Origin: Planctomycetota bacterium
Lineage (GTDB): Bacteria > Planctomycetota > UBA1135
Direction: 5' to 3'
Length of the DNA stretch: 34,127 bases
Assembly: GCA_045047305.1 (NCBI GenBank)
Contig: JASFYO010000070.1
Span: forward strand, 1 to 34,127
Position numbers and translations under genes: made by a program. Positions within the stretch are counted from its first letter, which is position 1. Each line of letters starts with the position of its first letter. Below are positions 28,031-34,127 of this stretch, in pieces. A model generated the notes under the pieces. It did not search any database. It was not told the DNA's origin and was given only the letters and a program-made list of their open reading frames with translations.

Positions 28031-29466
28031 TAGAATTGGAAGTAGATAAAGGGTGAGCCCTCGGTTGCGAGTAAGCCGCTGAGTCCGAGGATAAGGAGGA
28101 AGGCGACGCCTAGAAGTTCCGGAGTTAGGCGACGCCATAGGCGCCGAATGGTGGAGCCGTAGTATTCTGAAATAATGGTCATAGCTAAGGCTAAAACGAT
28201 CAAGATTAATCCGCGTATAGGGACGGGGCCGACAACCTCGCCGGATGGTCCAAGGCGTATGAGGGAACGTCCGACCGCCGCGAGTTGATCAATAGATTGG
28301 GTGCGGAAGATGGGCATCGCGATGAGCCAAACGTGAAAGGTGACGAAACGCTGCCACCAAATCCACCAAACGGCGTCATCCGGAGAGTCCACTCTTCCAC
28401 GCGCTTTGCGGCCCATTTGAAATACACGTGAAAAACAAATGGTGATGCCGTCGACGATGCCCCAAATTACAAAATTCACACCCGCGCCGTGCCACACACC
28501 ACTAAAGAGGTTGGTGATCATAATGTTGCGGTAGGTTTTCTTGTTGCCGCCACGACTGCCGCCTAGCGGAATATAAATGTAATCGCGCATCCAAGTTAGA
28601 AGCGTAATGTGCCAGCGTCGCCAGATTTCCAGGTTGTTGCGTGCCATAAACGGGTTGTCAAAGTTCTTAGGCAACTTGAATCCAAGCAACAAGGCACAGC
28701 CAATCGCCATTTGCGAATAGCCGGCGAAGTCACCAAAGAGTTGGAAGGCGAAACCGTAAATGCCGGCCATTGCGCCGAAGAAACCGTAGCCATCAGGGTC
28801 GGAGTAATAAGGTTGGGCGAGGTCGGCGCCGAGGACGTCGGCAATAATGACCTTCTTGAATAATCCTGAGAGAATGTGATAGATGCCCATTTTGAGGTCA
28901 TCTGTCGTTGGCATTGGGTTACTTTTGAGCTGCGGTAAGAAATCACGCGCACGCACAATCGGCCCGGCGACCAGTTGCGGGAAGAAGCCAACGAAGAGTG
29001 CAAAGTCCAAGGCCGAATCGTGTGGCTTGATTTTGCGAAAATAAATGTCGAGTGAATAGGAGAGCGTTTGGAAAGTGTAGAAGGAAATGCCTACCGGCAA
29101 AATCAGCTTCAAGGTATGAATGTTGCCGTGCATGCCGATGGCTTCCAGCAATGCATTCGCGCTCTCTACAAAGAAGCCCATGTACTTAAAAGTACCGAGC
29201 AGCCCAAAGTTGACCGCTAAGCTAAGCCAAAGCCACCACTTGCGTTGCTTCGGGCGTTCCTCCGCACCAATTTTTGCGCCGACAAACCAGTCGATCGCGG
29301 TGCTCACCCAAATCAAAAATAGAAAGCGGTAATCCCATTGCGCGTAAAAAAAGTAGCTCGCGAGCAACAGGAAAATCTTCCGCCACACCGGTCGGTGAGA
29401 CAAGATTGAATTTCCCACAAAAATTGCGGGGAAAAACAGCAGGAAGATGACGCTGTTGAAAGCCAT
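28030..29466 (-). CDS. MBOAT family O-acyltransferase (AlgI/DltB/PatA-like)
   Basis: MAFNS..FLLF, LPVGISFYTFQ, FFPQLVAGPI, DFAGYS, WRRWHI, YIYIPLGGSR, SGVWHGA, FIYFQF. Confidence 0.96.
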   Translation of the reverse strand: MAFNSVIFLLFFPAIFVGNSILSHRPVWRKIFLLLASYFFYAQWDYRFLFLIWVSTAIDWFVGAKIGAEERPKQRKWWLWLSLAVNFGLLGTFKYMGFFVESANALLEAIGMHGNIHTLKLILPVGISFYTFQTLSYSLDIYFRKIKPHDSALDFALFVGFFPQLVAGPIVRARDFLPQLKSNPMPTTDDLKMGIYHILSGLFKKVIIADVLGADLAQPYYSDPDGYGFFGAMAGIYGFAFQLFGDFAGYSQMAIGCALLLGFKLPKNFDNPFMARNNLEIWRRWHITLLTWMRDYIYIPLGGSRGGNKKTYRNIMITNLFSGVWHGAGVNFVIWGIVDGITICFSRVFQMGRKARGRVDSPDDAVWWIWWQRFVTFHVWLIAMPIFRTQSIDQLAAVGRSLIRLGPSGEVVGPVPIRGLILIVLALAMTIISEYYGSTIRRLWRRLTPELLGVAFLLILGLSGLLATEGSPFIYFQF

Positions 29467-29655
29467 GGGGCATCGGGCGGGAGAACCCCGATAAGTGAGG
29501 ATATTCCATGGTAAGGATGTCCGATGCCAAAAAAAGCATCTTCCGAAACCAATCGTGCGTTGGGTTTGTCAAGGTTTCATACCTCCTTCTCGATTCGACT
29601 GCAAAGTGCATCAGAGGAAGCATCGCATGGCTGCGAAGTCTCTTAAACTGGCCAG

Positions 29656-30867
29656 ATGCTGCTGCTTCTCATGCCTCTCTTGTTGGGTCAAGACACTCCG
29701 TCGCAAGCGAACGAACTTGTGGTCACGTCCATGCCTTTGGCCGTCGAGCATGGTGGCCGTTTCCCAACTCTTGCAGCGGACCCACAGGGCAATGCTTATG
29801 TCACTTGGTATGCGCGCGGGGAGGCCAAGGGTGAAACCAAGTTGCAGCAGAAGAAGTGGGACGGGGAAACCTGGAGCGCCACCACGACCATTGCAGAAGG
29901 CGGCGGTTGGATGGTGAATTGGGCAGATTTTGCCAAGTTCAGTATCGATGCCGATGGCGGTGCCATGGTGACTTGGCTTGCAGGCGCTCATGGCCATCAT
30001 GGTTATGGCGTGATGTATCAAAAACGCAGAGAGTCAGGTGCCGGATGGACGGATCCCAAACCTTTGCACGTCGATCGCGATGCGGTGGAGCATGGCTTCG
30101 TCTCGCTATTGCCTTATGCAGAGGGCAACTTCTTTGCAACGTGGATTCAGAGCACAGCCGATGGCCCTCCAACGAATCTGCGCTACTGCATTTATGGTCC
30201 TACTGGAAAGCCAGGCAAGGAGCACGAGCTGGACCCTTTAGTCTGTGATTGCTGCGGCACATCGGCGGTGAGTTTCACCGATGGCCATGTTCTGATTGCC
30301 TACCGCAATCGCAGCAAAGCTGAGGTGCGCAATATTCAGCTGGTTTACGGGGACCCTCAAAAACCCAATAGTTGGAAGCCGTCGGGATTTGCTGAACCGC
30401 AAGATTGGATTACGCGATCCTGCCCAGTGAATGGACCATCCTTGGCGGCGATGGGGCAAAACGTCGTCCTTGCCTATTACCACCAAGGTGCAGATGGGAC
30501 AGGCCAGGTAAAGTTTTCTTGGTCAAAGGATGGGGGAGCTAAGTTTCAATTCCCAAGCCTCCTGCAACGGGAAGGAGAAATTCTCGGGCGTGTTGGCACT
30601 GCTATGTTGTGCGAAGATCTGGCGGTCCTGACTTGGCTAGAGCATCAAGGAGAAACCTCTCGGTGGATGGCGTGTACCTTGCAAATGGATGGAAAAGTTG
30701 GGCCGGCGGTTGTTCTCGGCGAAGTCAAAGGCGCTCGGGCCGACGGTTTTCTTCAACTCATACGCATTTCAGGAGGGGTGATGGCTGCTTGGAATGGTAC
30801 GACAGAAGGAATTCTTAATATCTCGAAAATAGATTTATTCCCGCAAAAAAAGGATATTGCAAAATAG
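29656..30867 (+). CDS. Secreted BNR/sialidase-like beta-propeller protein with CDCC and CP motifs
   Basis: Signal peptide; VNWADF, EHGFVSL, VCDCCGTS, AYRNRS, WITRSCPVNGP, Asp-box SKDGGAKF. Confidence 0.8.
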   Translation: MLLLLMPLLLGQDTPSQANELVVTSMPLAVEHGGRFPTLAADPQGNAYVTWYARGEAKGETKLQQKKWDGETWSATTTIAEGGGWMVNWADFAKFSIDADGGAMVTWLAGAHGHHGYGVMYQKRRESGAGWTDPKPLHVDRDAVEHGFVSLLPYAEGNFFATWIQSTADGPPTNLRYCIYGPTGKPGKEHELDPLVCDCCGTSAVSFTDGHVLIAYRNRSKAEVRNIQLVYGDPQKPNSWKPSGFAEPQDWITRSCPVNGPSLAAMGQNVVLAYYHQGADGTGQVKFSWSKDGGAKFQFPSLLQREGEILGRVGTAMLCEDLAVLTWLEHQGETSRWMACTLQMDGKVGPAVVLGEVKGARADGFLQLIRISGGVMAAWNGTTEGILNISKIDLFPQKKDIAK

Positions 30868-30924
30868 AAATAGCCTATGTATTTGTGATATTCTTGTTTG
30901 TTTCCACGTTCCTACCCCCAAACG

Positions 30925-32592
30925 ATGTTTGCCCTAATCCCTATGCTTCGATTTTCAACGGTTGCTCTGCTCGCTTTTGCAGTTGTGCCTGACCAAGCCT
31001 CCGCGGCTCCCGCTCAACGGGCCGATGAGCAAGCTGCCCTGCATATCACCGGCCGCTGGCAAGATTCTTGGGATTTCCCTTTGGCCTTGTTTTGGCCAAC
31101 GGCACATAATTTTAAGGCCGTGCACATGGCACTCATTCCGATGGATGTGCCCATGCCGGGTGGCACCAATTTGCGTGGAAAGATTTTAGCCTGGGGCGAT
31201 CACCGCTCCTTCGGTAATGAATGGCGCTCAGCATGGATGGTGCTTGACCCAGAGACGCAGTCGTTTTTAGCCGGCGGCATTGTTAGTACGATTCATGAGC
31301 GTTCTCTGACTGGTGTGAATGAAGGTAGTATTTTCTGCTCGGGGCATAGCTGGACACCAGAGGGGAAGTTGCTGGTTGCAGGCGGCATGTACTTACCTGG
31401 TTTGAAGAACGGCAACCGCTTGGTTTACATTTTTGATCCCAGTTTGATTGCACAAGGTTTGGACCCGTGGGTGCGTCAGCCAGATCTTGCTACGGGTCGT
31501 TGGTATCCAACCGTTTTGAACATGGCCGACGGCGAGACCATGCTTATTCTTGGTGGAAAAAACCGTCGCTCAGAAGTGCAGGATTCTTATACCGAGTACA
31601 ACTGGAAATCTAATACTTTTGCGTCATTGGTAGCGGAAGGTCCTCCCGGTGATATCAGCACATGTCAGGGAATGTATTTCTATCCGCGTACCCACTTGCT
31701 GCCGAACGGAGACATTTTCTTTTCCTGCTTTATGCAAAACTCGGCCTCGGTGAATCCTGCTACGCGCGCGAACCGCCGTTCCGAAGCGGATTGGGATGAT
31801 TCCTATGAGGTCGATGATGTCCAAGTTCGTGTATACGGCGAAAGTTTAATGTTGCCTTTGCACCCTGGCGACACACTCGATGACGTTCGTATTCAAGTGA
31901 TGAACGGCGAGATCTACGATGAATGCGGCATGGGCGTTTCACTTGGCCCTACTGGCATGGTGGAGGAAATGAGCTTCCACAACGGCGATTCAAACTATAA
32001 AAAGTGGAGTGATTCGGCAGCAGTGGACATGACGGAAAAGCGCTGGTTCCCCAACATGGTGATTCTTCCCGATCAAACGGTAACCGTTTATGGCGGCGAG
32101 GCCGACAATGTCGTGGATCCACGCAAGACCCCGGAAATGCGTGAAAATGGCGTATGGCGTCATCTTGCGAAGATGGATTCCGCACGCGGTTATCACTCTA
32201 CCGCGATGTTGCTTCCAGATGGTCGAGTCATCACAGGTGGGGGCGATCATCGCCTCTCCGACTTTCAGGTTTTTGAACCACCCTATTTGTTTAGGGGTGC
32301 TCGTCCCATCATTGTCAGCCTGTCTGCACATAACTTGGAGTATGGCCAAACTTATACTTTGAATCATACTGGCGATGTGGAGTCCGTGGTGCTGATGCGT
32401 CCCGGTTCAAGGACTCACCACTTTGATAGTGATCAACGCATGGTGATCCTTCATGAGGGGTTGAGTACTTCCGGTACGGTGTCTTTCACCATGCCTACGG
32501 TGAAGGAGTTGACCCCGCAAGGCTACTACATGATGTTTGCGGTCTCGCCAGAAGGAGTCCCATCCTTCGCGCAGTGGGTGCACGTGCACTAG
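30925..32592 (+). CDS. Secreted copper radical oxidase (galactose/glyoxal oxidase, AA5-like) with C-terminal DUF1929-type domain
   Basis: IFCSGH (crosslink Cys), RWYPT (Tyr), RGYHSTAMLLPDGRV (Tyr-His), FEPPYLF, THHFDSDQR (His), GYYMMF. Start uncertain (30898/30925/30943). Confidence 0.9.
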   Translation: MFALIPMLRFSTVALLAFAVVPDQASAAPAQRADEQAALHITGRWQDSWDFPLALFWPTAHNFKAVHMALIPMDVPMPGGTNLRGKILAWGDHRSFGNEWRSAWMVLDPETQSFLAGGIVSTIHERSLTGVNEGSIFCSGHSWTPEGKLLVAGGMYLPGLKNGNRLVYIFDPSLIAQGLDPWVRQPDLATGRWYPTVLNMADGETMLILGGKNRRSEVQDSYTEYNWKSNTFASLVAEGPPGDISTCQGMYFYPRTHLLPNGDIFFSCFMQNSASVNPATRANRRSEADWDDSYEVDDVQVRVYGESLMLPLHPGDTLDDVRIQVMNGEIYDECGMGVSLGPTGMVEEMSFHNGDSNYKKWSDSAAVDMTEKRWFPNMVILPDQTVTVYGGEADNVVDPRKTPEMRENGVWRHLAKMDSARGYHSTAMLLPDGRVITGGGDHRLSDFQVFEPPYLFRGARPIIVSLSAHNLEYGQTYTLNHTGDVESVVLMRPGSRTHHFDSDQRMVILHEGLSTSGTVSFTMPTVKELTPQGYYMMFAVSPEGVPSFAQWVHVH

Positions 32593-32623
32593 TCGGTAAG
32601 ACCGAGGAGTTCGGTAGCCGTGG

Positions 32624-32648
32624 AAGTGAGCGCAGTATGCGCTCACTT
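32624..32648. terminator. Perfect 11-bp hairpin between convergent genes
   Basis: AAGTGAGCGCA-GTA-TGCGCTCACTT; no long U-tract on either side. Confidence 0.6.
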
Positions 32649-32676
32649 GAATGACACCTCTGCCTGGGTCAGAGAC

Positions 32677-33519
32677 CTAAAGAATGACCGGGTTGCTTAC
32701 GGTGCATGTGGTCATGTCGACGGCTTGCAAGGTCTTGCCGCAAAGGCCCGCAGGTACGTTTGGCGACAAGGTAAGAGTACCAACGGCATCAGCGTTGAAG
32801 AAGCCGGCGAGGGTCGGAACGCCAGCAAGGTCGAGGATGGTGCCTGCGCATGGACCGCTGGGAATGGTCCAACTACCAGCATTGCCATAAGCCAAAGCGA
32901 CGGATCCATTTGCGGAAGCTCCGGAAACGGAAATCGTCATGCTGCCAGGACAAGTTCCCGTAATGCTAAGAGTGAAGCCAACCGTGCCCAGCATGTAGGT
33001 TTGGAAGCCAATTTTCCATTCCGGACCATACAGGCTACTGTTAATGAAAAGGTCCGGAGTGTAGAGAGTATTCACTGGAGCCTCGTAAGACCCAGTGACC
33101 CACATGCCATTGTTATTGCCAAAGGCTTCAATGGTGTAAGCATCTCCTGTGGAAAGCGAGATGTTGGCAGAGCTGACATCGATCCAAATGATTTCGGTAC
33201 CCGCAGTGGTCTTAGCGACGGTGCCAGACCAGGCTGGTGGACCCACTTGCCATGGGCTACCGAGATGGAGGGCGAAATTGGCCGAGGCACCAAGCGGGCC
33301 AGTGACTTCCATTTCGAAACCTTCCAGGGTGCCATCCATGCCTGCAAAAACCTCTGCCTGCCAAACGAGGAAGGAAGCGTCGAAATTAAACGAGGCAGCG
33401 CCGCCGCCGGGGACAGCAGAGCCAAAGGGAGAGACTTGATCTAGTGTGCCGCTTTGACCGTGGGCGTTTGCGGTGAGGCATACGAGAGCGAGGGTAGAGA
33501 TGAGGAGGGTTTGATTCAT
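32677..33519 (-). CDS. Secreted hypothetical protein with Cys-containing beta-rich C-terminal domain
   Basis: Start moved to ATG 33519 (MNQTLLISTLALVCLTANAHG-Q signal peptide); C-domain TGTCPG...GPCAG.LDL...ADAVG...P.GLCG..LQAVD..TC..SN. Confidence 0.8.
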   Translation of the reverse strand: MNQTLLISTLALVCLTANAHGQSGTLDQVSPFGSAVPGGGAASFNFDASFLVWQAEVFAGMDGTLEGFEMEVTGPLGASANFALHLGSPWQVGPPAWSGTVAKTTAGTEIIWIDVSSANISLSTGDAYTIEAFGNNNGMWVTGSYEAPVNTLYTPDLFINSSLYGPEWKIGFQTYMLGTVGFTLSITGTCPGSMTISVSGASANGSVALAYGNAGSWTIPSGPCAGTILDLAGVPTLAGFFNADAVGTLTLSPNVPAGLCGKTLQAVDMTTCTVSNPVIL

Positions 33520-33688
33520 GTTGGTTAATCGGGGGAATGTATATTTAAGATTAGCAGGAAACCGCAACCCCGCAGTGGCTTTCATCATTCCATTTAGTGG
33601 TGCTAGGGGGCAAATGGAGCTGAGGCCAGCCCCTTGCGGAGTAACGCCATCTCTCGCCCCATTGCCTATGCACTTTCTCTATGCGTTA

Positions 33689-33768
33689 GCCGAAGGTCCT
33701 GACCTTTACCCGACGCTACAATCTGCGCCACCGTCTCCGTAGCTCAGCTGGATAGAGCACCGCTTTCC
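33689..33768 (+). repeat. 80-bp direct repeat, copy 1 (tRNA upstream region plus 5' half of tRNA-Arg)
   Basis: Identical to 33930..34009 by base-by-base comparison; ends within the anticodon (…GCTTTCC). Confidence 0.95.
33733..33768 (+). pseudogene. Truncated tRNA-Arg 5' half
   Basis: GTCTCCGTAGCTCAGCTGGATAGAGCACCGCTTTCC followed by non-tRNA sequence; no T-arm or 3' acceptor strand. Confidence 0.85.
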
Positions 33769-33929
33769 CTGCTGACCAAGCAGAAGTCATTCCGCATCCA
33801 TCCGGCGCTTACGCTCCCCGGACTTCGTCAGCAGAACCTACACTTATCTAAAGATAAGCGCAGAACCCGCTTCCTTGCCGGAAAACGCAATCACTCGGCT
33901 GACTGCAAAAGCACTTCTACCTGGCCAGC

Positions 33930-34009
33930 GCCGAAGGTCCTGACCTTTACCCGACGCTACAATCTGCGCCACCGTCTCCGTAGCTCAGCTGGATAGAGCA
34001 CCGCTTTCC
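33930..34009 (+). repeat. 80-bp direct repeat, copy 2
   Basis: Identical to 33689..33768 at an offset of 241 bp. Confidence 0.95.
33958..33963 (+). promoter_or_regulatory. Putative -10 element (TACAAT) of the tRNA promoter; also present in copy 1 at 33717..33722
   Basis: TACAAT 10 nt upstream of the tRNA 5' end; no convincing -35 at canonical spacing. Confidence 0.45.
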
Positions 34010-34050
34010 TAAAGCGAAGGTCAGAGGTTCGAATCCTCTCGGGGACGCCA
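33974..34050 (+). tRNA. tRNA-Arg(CCT)
   Basis: 77 nt; acceptor GTCTCCG/CGGGGAC, D-arm GCTC/GAGC, anticodon loop TT-CCT-AA, T-arm AGAGG-TTCGAAT-CCTCT, encoded CCA. Confidence 0.96.
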
Positions 34051-34057
34051 TCCTTTC

Positions 34058-34088
34058 GGCCTTCTTCGCACGGGTGCGAAAGGCCTAC
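34058..34088. repeat. Imperfect hairpin after the tRNA (terminator or REP-like)
   Basis: GGCCTT-C-TTCGCAC-GG-GTGCGAA-AGGCC-TAC; the minus strand begins GTAGGCC. Confidence 0.5.
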
Positions 34089-34127
34089 AGGATGCCAACC
34101 CCGTGAGTCTTCTTTGGCGGAGGTGGA

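Noticed and set aside
28031..28138. Longer start for the SGNH gene
   Set aside because: Would overlap the MBOAT gene by over 100 nt; GTG 28030 gives a 1-nt coupled overlap directly before the TM helix.
32620..33444. 274-aa plus-strand ORF
   Set aside because: Antisense shadow of the secreted protein at 32677..33519; no recognisable motifs.
33769..33929. Group I intron in tRNA-Arg(CCU), as known in some alphaproteobacteria
   Set aside because: The spacer is followed by a repeat of the upstream region and a complete tRNA, not by a lone 3' exon, and I see no recognisable P7 core.
33689..34009. CRISPR array
   Set aside because: Only two 80-bp copies that are tRNA-derived; no cas genes in the window.

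Overview
A gene-dense bacterial window, probably Planctomycetota (inferred from the pseudopilin type and the C-terminal domains of the secreted proteins). Left to right it holds: a minus-strand lpxA-acs-cutC unit, in which the cutC frame switches after about 72 codons to a peptide resembling a REP-associated (RAYT/IS200-like) transposase C-terminus; a 13.4-kb tightly coupled operon of nine signal-peptide-bearing amidohydrolase-fold proteins (ten domains, only two with a full metal site); bcp-like peroxiredoxin; a YbiB/TrpD-like protein; a CX5R phosphatase-like/cytochrome c' fusion lipoprotein; a secreted protein with a predicted N-terminal His (possible His-brace), divergent from two complementary two-domain multicopper-oxidase halves; a pseudopilin-like gene; topoisomerase III with an insert and a Lys-rich tail; a sulfotransferase-like gene; cdd; an MBOAT/SGNH O-acylation pair; a Cys-motif BNR propeller; an AA5 copper radical oxidase; another secreted protein; and tRNA-Arg(CCT) preceded by an exact 80-bp duplication of its upstream region and 5' half. 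The best candidates for undescribed systems are the mostly pseudo-enzymatic secreted amidohydrolase array and the split heteromeric multicopper oxidase with its His-brace neighbour. All family calls come from motif recognition by eye; no searches were run.
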